Part shown: positions 1-13,840 of the stretch, in pieces
Layout: the number at the start of each line of letters is the position of its first letter
How positions within the stretch are numbered: position 1 is the stretch's first letter
Assembly: GCA_964035545.1 (NCBI GenBank)
Contig: OZ037769.1
Location: forward strand, 12,988,633 to 13,052,632
Reading direction: 5' to 3'
Length of the DNA stretch: 64,000 bases
Source: Bugula neritina
Taxonomy: Eukaryota; Animalia; Bryozoa
Position numbers and translations under genes: made by a program
The notes under the pieces: generated by a model
Database searches by the model: none
Seen by the model: only the letters and a program-made list of their open reading frames with translations
Told to the model about the DNA's origin: nothing

Positions 1-655
1 AATATAAAGTTATAAGTTTTTAATTTATAGGTCAACCTGCGATAGTTTAATGCTATGTCGCTGCTGAAGATTTGGTTATTGACTCATATTAAGAAAAGTA
101 ATCAAAACTCACTGATTTAACATTCACTTCTTTAATTATACACTATATCACATAATGGGTTGATGGGCAAAAAAGCTGGTAGCTAACAAGGCAAGCACGC
201 ATTGCATTTTTATATTACATAAATATTATAATATTTTATCTCTTATTATTTTACATTCTATTGTATTGAATTTCGTGAGCAAGAAAAAAGAGCTTTAAAT
301 CTAGTTTAAAAAACATCATTTATTATATGATTTAAAATAAAATTTTCATAAACATTTATTAACAAATGTATAGTGAATTTTGTCGAAACACAATGAATTG
401 TTAAATTATTTTATCAAAAAGTTATGAGATTTCAATTTAGTATAGTATATATTATTACATTATAATATATGATATGATATACTGTATATATTATGATATG
501 ATATAGTATATATTACGATATGGTATGATATATAGTATAATATATTAGTATAGTATATAGCTGTGTCAGACATATTGTGAATTTGGACTATAATATAATA
601 ATAGAGCAAAAGAATACAATATATCAGTACAGTTAATGAATATGACATTTTGTAG

Positions 656-886
656 GAGGGTTCTCAATCTGACAGGAGCACCTGTCTAAAGATGTCTACA
701 GAGACAAGAGAGAGCAATGCTGAAGATGCGTTGATAGATGAAGGCTCCAGCAACCACAAATTTTCTGTCTCTGATGGAACAACTTCTATAGAAAAAGAAA
801 AAGCCCAAAACAGAGCAGAGGATGAAAATCGTTTCACTTCACTTTTGCAAAAACAAAATGATTTAAACAAGAGTGCACTGTGTTAA
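656..886 (+). CDS. Probable terminal coding exon of a gene starting upstream of the window (unknown product)
   Basis: Acceptor ttttgtag ends at 655. The open frame EGSQSDRSTCLKMSTETRE...NKSALC* runs to 886, followed by AATAAA at about 1178. No recognisable domain. Confidence 0.45.
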   Translation, partial: EGSQSDRSTCLKMSTETRESNAEDALIDEGSSNHKFSVSDGTTSIEKEKAQNRAEDENRFTSLLQKQNDLNKSALC

Positions 887-2329
887 ATGTACTGAAAGTC
901 AAATATATAATTATATATAGCAACACATCTGAATGTAAGTGCAGAAAAACCTATTTAATTGTTTCTAAACTTTTTTTAGAGCTGCGTGTAAATAATGTTT
1001 GATTGATCAACTCTCTAAATATTCATGTCTTTTTGGTATATTTTCTATCCTATACAATTGTGGTGTCATATTTATATGTTCTATATGTAAGAATACTATA
1101 ATGCTGGTTATTTATATTATGATGTAACGGTGCTATATGTGAATAATTTACATGTCTATTTATTGTTTATAAGTTGAAATAAAACACTTTTCAATGCATT
1201 GCTTCCTTCTCTCATAATTTCTTCAAAAACTATATTTTATTGCAGACAAGGTAGCCTACTATGTACAAGTTGTAATTATACATGTCTAATGATTTTGACA
1301 ACTGCAGCTGTTTGAATTTGACATAATCTGAGACAGCCAAAATTGCTCATAACTTAATTTTGTAAACACCTTTAATGGTAAATTGCAGTCTATTTAATAT
1401 ACTACATGATGCTTATTCAATGTACAACATAGCTGCAACATTTTATACTTCAGATGCTTTCTTTCCAAAATTTTCATATACTTTAAATTTTAGGCACTAT
1501 AACTTCCTTCACCTTATTAAAAATTCTTATGTTACCACCATATACGCTGCAAGTCCAGTAACTGAATTTAAAAATTAAGGCATTCTAGTAATTATTGGTG
1601 ATTGTTTTAACTTTTATACATCTGCTTATAATAGCCTATATATTTGCTGTGTAAGCTTTTCAAGTGTATGCTGTGTTATCACCTTCAACGTATGACATTG
1701 GAGTTGCAATGAGGAAGAAGTTGAAAAAGGCCTGTGATTTAAATGAGATACTTAGCATAAGAAGTTGTGTTTTGTTGAATGTTTAGCCTGTCTACCAATT
1801 AAAACAAAATTCTTATAAACTCATATGCTAAAACACCTACATTTTCTGATAATAATTATAGTAATAGATGTACGTTTATAATACGTACTCGCACTTGAAG
1901 TAAAGCCTAAATAAGATTTGTTTAGTGTACAAGTACTTAGGACTGTGTTTGAACGCATGAAGCAAGTTCGAATTGTAGTATAATGCCCCGTTTGCTTCCA
2001 TATTAGTTGACCTCTCTTGAACCCTAATCGTTAGTTACCATTTATATTTATTTATCGTTATTATAATACCATAGTGCAAGTGATAGCGCTTATAATAATA
2101 GTTGTATCTAATTCGTCAGATTATTCAGTCAACGAGCTCAGTTTTTCGTCATGTATACTGCTTCCACTTCCATAAAGTTAAACCTTCTCTGCACAATCAT
2201 TATCAATATACAGTAATTAAATATTGATAATGGTTATCTTTATTGACATGGAGTGATGATCAATGACACCAGTAATAGAAATAGTAGGGTTGAAGACTAA
2301 GTATAACTATATTTTATTGCATCTGACTA

Positions 2330-3720
2330 CTAGTATCAGTATGCTCAAATTGAATTGTCATTTTTAACTTTTATTTTATAATTTAAATTGAAATTAAAAT
2401 TATTCTAGTTTTACTACTCAAAGTAAATTATATTATATAATTATTATTATTAATATTATACTTGAAGTTAATCTAAATCTTATAGTTATACTTATACACT
2501 TGATAGTTGATGCAGTCATACTCATACTGCTACTCACGCTCAGAGTCAGATTCATTCCATACTGATACTGATAATGATACTGATAGTGATAAGTAGTAGT
2601 AATGTACTACTACTACTAGCACTCAACTAGTAGTAATACTAATACTAATAGTAAATGTAAAACTAATACTAACAGTAACACTGTTACCTTAACCTTGGGC
2701 TTACAACCTACTCCTACTTCTAGTCTTAGACGTAGAGCTACTGTTAGTAGTAGTAGACGTAGTAGTACTACTCACACTCACAGTCACAGTCACTACTAAT
2801 AGCAACTAGCAAATTAAATGTAAATAGTAGTAGTAGTTACTAGTCTAGCACTGTAGTATCAGTAGTAACTTACTCCTAGTAACTGTAAGACTAAGTAGCC
2901 TAGTTGGGTAGGAGTCCTACCATTACGAGTGATTACCAGTACTTGAGTACTAGTGCTACTAGTAGCAGTGCTAGTACTAGCGCTACTCTTGGTGCTAGAG
3001 CCTAGCAGCAAGTGTAACTGTTGGAGTAAGAATCTTAGCACCTAACCTTTTATGAGTGTTGCACCTTGTAGTAGTAATTCAGTAAGACTAACTCTAAGTG
3101 TAAAACTAAATGAATTAATCTTATATTTAGAGTTGGTCGCAAAAGCTTTACAACTATAACTATAAAAAAGTGTAATTGAAATATTATAAATATAAATAAT
3201 TTTGACCTAGTGTTATAATTAACATTGTGGAAATTTTACTTCTGTATAGAATTGAGTGATCAAACTATATTGATGTTATTATGTAATTGTATCAGTATTT
3301 GTGTGCAGTCACTCAAACTTTGAATGAGAATGATGATCATATTAGTATTTATAATGATAACAACGATAACAAAACTAAGCAGTGCCAGTGCCATCATTAT
3401 CATTATAATTAAGAAATCAATAATACTATAGGTATGCCGTATAAATATATGCCGTATATAATAATATTTGACAATGTGGATAAAGCTAAAAGTAAAAGTC
3501 CCATTAACCATATGATTAAATTGAATTTGATAAAACTAGACGTGAAGGTAGTTTTTACTTTTATACTATAGACATAGTGATAGTATTATTAATAGTGCTT
3601 ACTTGTTTATTTACCGATTCTAATAGTAATACCTATAGTTATAATAATGTTGTGTGCAATTTATATGACAAGATAGAGTTTAAACTGAAGCTCTAACAAA
3701 ATACTATTACTAGTAGAGTA
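2330..3720. repeat. Triplet/hexamer-periodic mosaic low-complexity tract
   Basis: Runs such as act gat act gat aat gat act gat agt gat, cac act cac agt cac agt cac and act aat act aat agt. The motif changes every 2-4 copies. Boundaries approximate. Confidence 0.7.
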
Positions 3721-4389
3721 GTAGCTATAAAATGATTATCACATGTATCGTGCACTAATAACTTGGTTAGTTTTTTTCCTAAATAAGAATAAAACTCATC
3801 TATTACTATAGCTGTAATTATTATTAATAATAATTTTAAAAAATTTGCAATAATGGCAGGATATAATATAATAAAATAATAACCAATTTCTTCAGTTTGA
3901 TAATCGATATGGATATTTCATTATATTGCAAAATTAAATCTTTGGAGGGTTTTTTGATTGTGGTGAGTTGATTTTCTTTGCTAGTTTTATTCATAACCCC
4001 ATATTCTTATATTTAGTTTTAGTTGTTAGCATTATTGCACATTCAAGTTTATGTTTTGACAAATAAATCAAATTTAAGCAATCAAAAAGACAATAAAATT
4101 TAATATCTAAATCAAATCTTATAGGAAATATAATCTATGCTAACACAGCTTATAACACCTGTTTTGTAACTGACGTGACAAATATTGCTTTCAGTTATTG
4201 CGCATGTAGTATAACCATGTTATGTATGTTTCGTAATGCATTGTATAATACAAATTGTTGCTCATTTTCTGCTGGATTTTTTGAAACCTTTTGGCTAATT
4301 GGATGAAATTGAGTCTCTTTAATTTAGGTTGCGGCAAAAAAACTTTGTGCATTTTTTTTAGGAATTTATTGCTTCACAGTTGAAGTAAA

Positions 4390-4892
4390 ATGGCGGACGA
4401 TGGAGAAGCCAGAGTAACTTTTGATCTTCTACCAGATGTAAGAATGCCTGCGTCCACTTTGTTCATATGTCAATGTCCTAATCTTACAAGCTTTGCTCTC
4501 TTGTAATGTTTATTTTTTGTGTGTGACCTATAATAAAATTTACAGCATTAGTACTTTTAGGTTTGGCTTCATTTTCATTGATATTACAGACAGATGTCTC
4601 TACTGCTACTCCCTCTCCAACAGCTGTTTCTCCTACTGATTCCACTCCCTTTCCAACAGCTGTTTCTTCTAATGAGTCCACTCCCCTACCAACAGCTGTT
4701 GCCTCAACTGACTCCACTCCCTCTGTGACTGCGGCTAGATCCACTGCAGAGCCTGACAGAGAGGAGAGAAGTGGGTGCTGCCGTGACTTTGACTCGGGCA
4801 GCTGCTGCATGAAGACCAGAGAGGTGGTTGAAAGCTCAAAGTTTAGTTTTATTTGTGGTGAGTCGCTCAACTGTACATCCCGCGTGTTATAA
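4390..4892 (+). CDS. Two 5' coding exons of an unknown gene (4390-4437; 4590-4857 or read-through to 4892), Ser/Thr/Pro-rich
   Basis: aaaATGGCG start gives MADDGEARVTFDLLPD, then donor gtaaga. Acceptor ttacag at 4589 is in frame with TDVSTATPSPTAVS..., with 3-4 copies of an 11-aa STPxPTAVSxxD repeat. Strong donor G|gtgagt after 4857, but no convincing downstream exon was found. Confidence 0.5.
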
Positions 4893-5253
4893 GCTTTCAC
4901 ATGAGTCATTGGAATGCATTTTTTGAATTCACTCTTCACAATAAGATGTGTGGTCTTTTAAAACTGGCTATCTATTTTAAATAAATTCAATGAATCAACT
5001 TTTTTACTAATTTCAAAGTGTTGTATGCTGCAAGATGAGGTGGTATTAAGATTTAAAGTATCATAATAATGATTAACAACTATCTAGCTGGTGTGTGTAA
5101 TACAGATTTATAAGACAGTTATATGTAGGTCCCACTCTTTGCTAGACTATTGCTTATGGGTCTATGGTGCTCAAAACTAATTAGTAATATTATGTTAGTG
5201 TATTGTATGATACAATAGTATATTATAATATTTTATATTACTTATATTATCTG

Positions 5254-5255
<2 letters not shown>

Positions 5256-5334
<79 letters not shown>

Positions 5335-5347
5335 TATATACATATAC

Positions 5348-5384
<37 letters not shown>

Positions 5385-5391
5385 TATATAT
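5256..5391. repeat. (TA)n microsatellite with compound TACA/TATACA tail
   Basis: Directly visible dinucleotide run. Confidence 0.95.
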
Positions 5392-7834
5392 CATTCAGTA
5401 TCAAGTTGCATGCTGTGTAAAGCATAAACTAAATTTCCATAAATTTTTCACACAGTGTTGATTATACTATGCTTGTTGTATTATAAATCATATTTAATGC
5501 TAACAAGCAGTAATTAAATTCCGTGGTGTTATTGAACCATCACTTGGCATTTCTTTTATAATTATTATATTTAGTTAAATGCTACTGTAGCTTACTTGCC
5601 ATGTCATTGCAGTGCACTGCTACTTTACAGGTATATAATACATTGTACAGGTGGTGGCTATAATTCAATAAGATATTCGTGTAGCAGCTCATTCTGCTGG
5701 TACTAGTACTAGAGTGCCAGTTGCTATTACACTATAGATTTGTTATTAATGCTACTTACTGTAACATGATAGGTTATGACAATTGCTTTACTATACTATA
5801 TACTAAGAATAGGTTTGTTCTGAGCTTCACTGAGCTATATTCAATGACGTAATTAGGCCACTGGGTTAGTACAAAAGATGATGTAATAGTAAGAATATTT
5901 CTTCTTCCAGTCATAGCAACAAAAGTCATAATGATGCAGCAAAAACCTACTGTTTCTTTATTAGTTTAATGTGTCATACAAGGTGATATTACTCTTAATT
6001 ATAGCCAGATAAACTTATGAATGGGTAGCTGTATATGTAACATTCAGTAGGCTATTATTTCTAGTTCCACTTTCCAATAAGCAGAAAGATACCGTGTAGT
6101 TTGGTTTGTCCAGTAGATTAGTTGTTTTTCAATCAGTTTGGGTTCCTGGAGCTTCACTCTAATCAACATTCCAGTGTGTAGAATATGATTTATACATTCT
6201 TTGCCAAACCACCACTATAAACAGTACATAACATATATTAGGCAATGTTTACAAAGAGTTGTGGTATTCTAAAAACAAAGAATTTTTCACCTTATAGCTG
6301 ATTTTTTCTGGGGGGGGGAAGGTTCTCTTTGTTAGTTTAAAAAAGCTTCGAAGATTTATATTTTTGCACCCATCAGCTAGAAAGACCATATAGATAGGTA
6401 TCCTACAGTTTTGTTGTTATTGGCATTTCAACTCAGTCTGTAAATAATAGTAATGTACAAAGTATGTATAAATCAGTTCTATTTATAAATCCAACATGGC
6501 TACCTAAGGTATGTCTATGGTGATTAGATTAACCTATATGGCTCATGCAACTAATGCTCATATCATATGTTGTTTACATTTATTTTAAATACACAAACTT
6601 GATAAAATAATACTTGCATTGCAGCATGACAAATTTTCTTTTCTCTTCTGGCCACTTTTACCTATAAACCTTCCATAGAGTTGAGTAGTTTAAAGTAAGA
6701 AACTTATTTTGCAATCAGTACCCTGTCTGCATCGTTTTGCTAGACAATCAATAAATAATATAATTATAATCAGTCTGCAGAGTATGTGCATTATTCGACC
6801 ACCTGGCACAGGTATATTATATTGATGGTTATTGATTTAGACATATAGGCATACGGTTGCTAATTTGAAAGCTCATAAATGATAGCCTTTTCAATGTGCA
6901 AAACGTTGCTACAACTTGGGAGTAGGCTAGTTTACATAGACCTGTAGTAAAGCATTTAAAGAATCCCTGACACACTTTATTTATGCAGTATTAAAGTATT
7001 CATATATATCTTAGCTATCATCTACAGACTGTTTTAGGGTTGTAGGCTCAAACAACTATGTTTTATGATAGATTTTGAGCAAACCTGTCTTGAATTGATT
7101 TGGGATTTATGATTGTTTGCTGATGACTTTTCATTTGCTTTGGAAGTATGTGGTATTCTATAACTACTAGGGTAATTATTGTTGACTTTCATTGCATGCT
7201 ATTCTTAGCAGGTACAACACACTGCCTGGTTTCAAAGTTTAAACTTTGAACTTTCAAGCCAGCTCAGGTCAAACTAATCAACAAAAGCACTTGTAATAAT
7301 TATTTAAAGCTTATATATTATTAAAAACCATATAATGCTATTACCAGAAGGACATTTTCAATATGAACAGTTTTTCTAAATTGCCTGGTTTTGAAATGAC
7401 TATTTTCATTCAACATAAGATTTTCAACTTATAGTGTTACTACTCACAACTACCTTTATTAATAAAAAAGTCATTCGAATATTTTTTGCTTTAAATTACT
7501 AAGCAAATTATGTGTGGAAAAGTTAATATTGTAAAGTAATTTTTCAACTCAATGTTAATAAAAATTCATTCCTGGGAGCGTTAATATCAAACATTTCTGC
7601 AACAAGGTTTATAAAGCTCTCTTTTGGAAATGGCTGAAAATGTCATACATAATTAATATGAAGACAGACAGTATAATTAGCTACTTCCATGCAAAGTTCC
7701 AGCTTTTTATAAATTATCTGTAGATTTCCACTAACTGTTTTATTAAATGAGCTATGATATGTAATATATTGTAGTATAGATATGATAGTATAGCATAAAA
7801 TATATAGTAAAGGCAGTATTTAGTGTACATGTGT

Positions 7835-8095
7835 CTTAGATATTATAGTGTAGATATTATAGTGTAGATGTTATAGTATAGATGTTGTAGTATAGATAAT
7901 ATAGTGTAGATATTATAATGTAGATATTATATTATAGTATATATATATTATATTAGGTATAGTATATTATAGTGTAGATTTTATAGTATAGACAATATAG
8001 TGTATTTATTATATTATAGTATATATATTATATTAGGTATAATATATTATATATAATTGCGTAGATTTATAGTGTTAATATTACAGTATATATAT
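7835..8095. repeat. Degenerate ~14-bp AT-rich tandem repeat (tagatattatagtg)
   Basis: Repeated tagatattatagtg variants. Confidence 0.8.
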
Positions 8096-8977
8096 TTTTA
8101 TAAGCAGCATAATTATACAAAGAAAACTGATACATTATTTGATTCATTGAGAATGTATTAATGTTAAATAGCATTTTATAAATTCTACTAATGAATTTTA
8201 TTATTTATAAAATTAGCATCTGTAAAGTTGGTTGTGTTACGGCTACGAAGGTGACATATTGCAATATGTAATAGTGTCTTTGTCTAATGTTGCGTTTATA
8301 CCTACACGATTTTTAGTCAGAAATTCAATTTTGCCGGGTTTGCATTGCATTGGTAAAAACCACTCGTAAAAATGTTTGTATTGTGATAACTTAATGGGCC
8401 GATTTCAGAATAATACTCAAAAGGAGTAATAACTCCTTTTAAACATCGTTATTTAGTTATGACTTTGGCGATTGGATGACGTACTTATATGTTAATAATT
8501 AGATCGCCTACGCCTTCTCAATTGTCTTTTTTATGCTGTCAACTTCACTAATTCACTACGTTTTTAAAGGGCATCAAATAGCGATTAGACGAGTCAGATT
8601 TCATTTTTAGAAAGTAAGCTTCCACATCAATGTGATTTCACCGAGTTTCAGTTTGACTATAAAGGGGTAACTGAAACTCCGTACTTTTTTTCAGCAGAGG
8701 TATAAACGCAACTTAAGATTAACAAATGTAGTTAAGTACACCACACTTACCCTACATACTTATATGATAGGTATGTAGGGCTGACTTATACAATAAGGTA
8801 CATATGCTGACTTCTTTATAATAGTCTAGCTGACTTACAATAGGCCTGACTTTGATCATCCAGGCATTATCTCCCCATGCATCAGTTCTATTAGGTATTC
8901 TAATAATCCCAGCCTCTATTAGTCTGTGTGAATAAAATGATTAAATATTACCACTTCTCATAATTATGTTATTTATT

Positions 8978-9143
8978 GTACTGTACTGTGTATACTGTAT
9001 GTACTGTATGTACTGTGTGTAGTGCATGTACTGTGTATACTGTGTGTAGTGCATGTACTGTATGTACTGTGTGTAGTGCATGTACTGTGTATACTGTGTA
9101 TACTGTATGTACTGTGTATACAATATGTACTGTGTATACTGTG
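8978..9143. repeat. 9-bp-based tandem repeat (tactgtrtr)
   Basis: tactgtgta/tactgtatg/tactgtgtg/tagtgcatg units. Explains the spurious ORFs 8941-9198 and 8976-9185. Confidence 0.9.
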
Positions 9144-9347
9144 ACACAATGTTGGGATGGCCTAAGTCAACAGTGCAAATCATAACAATAAAAAGCAATT
9201 TCCATAGCTGCTCTACTTAACTGTTGCATTTTTTCAAAACTTATGGTATTTCTGTATTATACAAAAATAAAAATATTGATGAAGTAGAGAGCAGCACTGG
9301 GTGACCTCCCAACATTAGAGCACATACTATCACACACCCTGTAGACT

Positions 9348-10686
9348 ATGCTGTACACCAGAGTCTATCTTGTAGGGGCGGTGCTTTCACTCACTGGGAT
9401 TGCCCTCATTGCCCTCACTGGTCAACTACCATCTGGAGACTATTTTCTGATTGGTCCATTTTGCATCGCCATAGGCGCAATATTGTTTATTAGAGGTTGT
9501 GTTACCAAAATGGCAAAGAGGCAACAACTCCGAGAGCAAGTAAGTATAGATTAGAGTTGTCATACTCGCCACTATGGGATATGGTGGCTTACAATATCTG
9601 ATGTATTTAGTGATATTTAATGACATTAATGAGTCGCTCATATCCAGCTGTAATCGAATTGTTCTATAAGCAGCGCCGAGTTGGGGGTAATCGAGTACAG
9701 TAGTTTGAAGTTCCCGAGTTGAGAGTTTGGGCACATTCAAACCCCCCATCTCCAAACTCGAGAGCCACAAACTACTGCACTCAATTACCCTCAACTCTGA
9801 GCTACCTATAGAGCAATTCTTATCTCGAGCTACAGTGTGACCTTGACCTAATATTTTTCAGAGAGACAGAGAGGCACGAGGAGTGGGACTCACGAGAGAA
9901 CAGAGGTAGGTGCTGTTGCTACATTGTTGTAGCTGTGTAGAATATACATCAGTAATTTCTGAGTATATATTTAGAGTTATCCCTTCAGAATTCGCAAACA
10001 CTGGGCAAATTACTTCGTTAATTGCGAAGAATTGTTAGTTATTTGAAGGACTATTTATGTTCATAGAAGCAGAAGAAACGAAGAGCTGGCACTCTCACAG
10101 GATAACTTAGCCATACCTCCTGCATACAGTGAAGTTGTTACTGAGGTGCCCAAGTCGCGGGTGGAGCACACGCCCTCCCACAGTCACATGGTGAATGCGG
10201 AATCACAGGCTAACTTTGGTTCTTCACGGACCGTATCAGCTTCTAATACGAGGCCCCAGCTGACGAGACAGCTGTCCTCTGTAAGTCTCTTATTGGCTGA
10301 TTCATAGCAACTTCCTGTCAACATCTTGTCTATATTTAAGGTTTTTAAATAATAATAATGTCTGTGAAATATGCTTCAGATGAATTTTTAATTTATTCGT
10401 AGATTCTTTTTCAGAAATAAAAAGTACCTAAGTTTTACAGAAAATAGCCGATGATCAATTTCAATGTCTTCAGAGTAATTATAAACTGTTAATTTTTTGT
10501 GTCGATCTATTTAGCATGAGATCTAATAATGATTTACCATACAACGTCTATTCTTAGGTTCAGTCACAGACAACCTTCCCGTCTATGGTTAGCATAGCTG
10601 TAGACACCTCAGATCTACCCACACTTCCGGAAGGGGTGGGCACTATATCTCCTCCTTCCTACTTTTCAGTCACAAACGAGACATGA
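9348..10686 (+). CDS. Small two-pass membrane protein with two PPxY motifs (192 aa; exons 9348-9539, 9862-9905, 10067-10280, 10558-10686)
   Basis: Four exons joined by GT-AG introns give 579 nt with no internal stop. Two N-terminal hydrophobic helices (VYLVGAVLSLTGIALIALTG; FLIGPFCIAIGAILFI) precede a polar tail with PPAY and PPSY. Confidence 0.8.
9656..9819. repeat. Imperfect long inverted repeat (foldback/hairpin) in intron 1 of the PPxY gene
   Basis: gaattgttctataagcagcgccgagttgggggtaatcgagtacagtagtttg... pairs with ...caaactactgcactcaattaccctcaactctgagctacctatagagcaattc. Arms about 70-75 bp with a short loop. Confidence 0.85.
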
Positions 10687-12019
10687 ACAGTTAGATTATA
10701 AGATTTTGCTACAAGATATAAGCAAAATATATCTATCAATATACTATATATTCCTAATATATAGTTCTTTACTATATGTTAGCAATATATAGTTATATAC
10801 TATGTATTTTTAATATATAATTGTATATAGCTATATATTATATATTGCTAATATATACTATATACTGTATATTGCTAATATATAGTATATAACTATATGT
10901 TAGCTAATCTAATTAGAATAATTCTCTCTTTATTTTCAGAACTACAAAATAATTTGTAGTATTTCAGTACAACAGTATTTCTTTTTCATTGACTGATAGA
11001 ACACAATGGTTGTATGAGAATTTCTATTCAAGTGATGCCTTTTGCCACATGTTTGGTTTAAATTATTGTATATATTTAGTAGCTAAATAAATAACATTAT
11101 GCAATTACCATTCCTCAAGAATAGCTTACCATATTTTCTATTGGTAGTCATCTGTAAACCTAAGTCAGCTGTTGTTATTTATGTACTTTTCTTAACCATT
11201 ACAGTGATATTTTCAGTGACAAAGACTTTTTTTATAAATTTTTACAGTTTTACAATTGCTGCATTTTATTTATAGTCGAAATTTTATGATAACTTTTGAT
11301 ACAGTCTGTTTATATATCATATATGATATCTAGTTCTTTTATTATTTTTTTGCTTTTTTTGTCATTTAATGTGCATAATGCAAAATAATGTTTACTACTT
11401 ATAACTCATTACAATTTCAGTTTGTAAATTAGTAAAAAAGATCAAAGTAATATAAAATATACCTAATTATTGGTTTTTATGGGAGCTGTAGGAATTCCGG
11501 GTTGGCCAGGTTTAAAAATCCAATTTTTCCAACCATGTTTCTATTAATTTTAAGAGTGCAGATGTGGTGTGCAGATAAAATGAACCGCATGAGTACTCCT
11601 AACATGTAAATCTTAATGCAAATGATCAGCAAAATTATGTTATACGCTATAGTCTATACAGTATAATAATATATTATATATCGCGTTGCGTTGAAACGGC
11701 ATTTTATTTTACGCGGTCCCCTACCCGGTGCTTAGCCTAGAGATTATTTCGTGTAATATTATACCTGCACTTGAGTTCAACATAATATTAATATTTGGCT
11801 GTTGCCTAGGGCTGGTACATGTTGATTATTTGCAAAGGTCACCATACCGATTGTACTATTTCAACTTCAAATTTCCTTGAACTTGGAAATAACATTAAAA
11901 CTCGGACGGTTTAGTCATTAAAATGTGTGCCGTGAAAAGTGAGTGCCACTGAAGTAGAAACCAGTGTTTTCCAGTTCATTGGTTAGTGCATGTCTAGTTG
12001 GCACTTCGGTTAGATCTGC

Positions 12020-12695
12020 TCATAGTCATAATATTCATAATTCATACTCATACTCATACTGACTGGTATTTAACGTGATTAAGCCATAGGGCTAGACATA
12101 ACATTGCCCTTACTCTTACTCTTAGGCTTAGCTGTTGGTCAAAGTTAGTGTTACCATAAATGATAAAATTGAATGATGATAATAATTATAATCATTGATC
12201 ATCATAATCATAATGCTAGTAATATAATAATAATATTAATTGATCATTAAAACTAAAACTAAATCACAGTAATGAGTAATGAGTAAAACTAAACAGTAAA
12301 TGTAATTATAATCATAATGATGATGTAAATGATTATCAGTATCACTTGATTAGCATTATCATTATGATTTTATGTAATGATCATCATTATGATTATGACA
12401 ACCATTAAATTTGATCATTTTAATTCTTATTAGTGATTAATAAACTTATATCATAATCATAATGATATTTTAGTTATTAATAATAATAATGAGTATAACG
12501 AATATATTATTAATTCATAATTGTAATAATAAATTATTGATTATAAATTTAACATCTAATGATAATCCATATTTATAATGATGATAATGAATGTGCCCCT
12601 ATCATAACCAATAATTTATTTTTAGTATTACTATTCCTATTAGTATAACTTAAACTATAAGTAGTGCTATTACTATTACTATTAGTAATGTAGTT
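12020..12695. repeat. Triplet/hexamer-periodic mosaic low-complexity tract upstream of the SEC14-like coding region
   Basis: cat act cat act cat act, act ctt act ctt, gat aat aat tat aat cat, aaa act aaa act and similar runs. Boundaries approximate. Confidence 0.7.
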
Positions 12696-12699
12696 GCCA

Positions 12700-13640
12700 T
12701 TTTTTTTTTATCTGATAATCACCAGAAACAGCTATATTAATGATATTTGTTTTAGTATTACGCTTGTCAACTATCACAATGTCAGACATCCTAGCTTCAG
12801 TGACTTGGTGTGTATTTTGAAATCCTACAAGATTGTTATATTGTCACTGTCTATTACTGGTTCCACTCGATTGTCAAACCAATTTTTACTCTTGCATCTT
12901 ACTCTTTACATCTGTGCATTCTGCACAACTCCTAGTTAATTGTATTTGCCCTGTGCTAGCTTCCCACATTTACTGGGTATATGCATCACAGTTTCATCCC
13001 TCACATTACACATTCAGCACTGCTTGCTGCCTTGTTCTTTCATTATGGTCGCCTTGAAGTGTTTGATCTTGAGCAGCCAAGAAAGGTCCATATGTTTCGT
13101 TTTTAGTCAACATGTGTTCTCTTTATGTAATCTGAAAAACTGCACTGTTCAATTGATACCGTTTCTTTATTACCTTCTCTCGTCCCAATATGCAGTCTGT
13201 TTCTGATGACGTACATTACGTATTGTCCTAAGTTCCTTTTTCAGCTCATCAACAGTATTCCAGCCATGTAGCACACTGCTGAAATGGCCACACATTTATT
13301 ACTTTTAGTATTATATTCCTTCTATTGAGTTTTTTTCTGTTACTCCTTCCTGACCTTAAAGTTCATTTCTTTCATTTTTTTCTGTTTTTAGAATTCCAAA
13401 GTACTACTTATGTGACTTCTCATCAAGATTATATATTCCTTGTTCATTAGGTATACTCAATTTTTTGTCCTCTATTTTTTTCTTCTGTTGCAACCAGTGT
13501 CGCACACTTTTGTAATTCAAGCTTCATTTTGTTTCACGGGTCTAACTAAGGTCTCTAATTCTGTTTTAGATCTTTTGTCAGCTTTCAGGTTATCCATGGT
13601 TTATTTTTATGCCTTGTTGAAACTTAGAACCTTGACCCAC
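12700..13640 (-). mobile_element. Decayed non-LTR retrotransposon fragment, R4/Dong-like (RT C-terminus, Zn knuckle, restriction-like endonuclease)
   Basis: Minus-strand translation across stops and frameshifts gives KLELQKCATL, DETVMHIPSKCGKLAQGKY, WFDNRVEPVIDSDNITIL*DFKIHT and EARMSDIVIVDKRNTKTNIINIAVSGD. These resemble the ETxxHIxSxCxKLA, KILWDFxIQT and RPDIVxxDK...IIDIAxPGD motifs of RLE-type LINEs. Confidence 0.8.
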
Positions 13641-13840
13641 TTCTCTTATTAGGATTAGGCCTAAAGCAGCCGCATAAAAGTGAAAATTCCCAGCTTTGTA
13701 TATCGCTCTCCAATAAATAGGGCCTGTTCATATTAACTCAATTTTTTGTAAATTCTTTGTGATTTTAACTTAAATAATTTGTGAATGTCACCAATAGTAA
13801 AAGAAGTTGATAAAATCCAACAACTATAATTGTAGTTCTG

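Noticed and set aside
5195-5427. Ile/Tyr-rich ORFs here and at 25065-25458 and 33014-33238
   Set aside because: They are translations of microsatellites and minisatellites.
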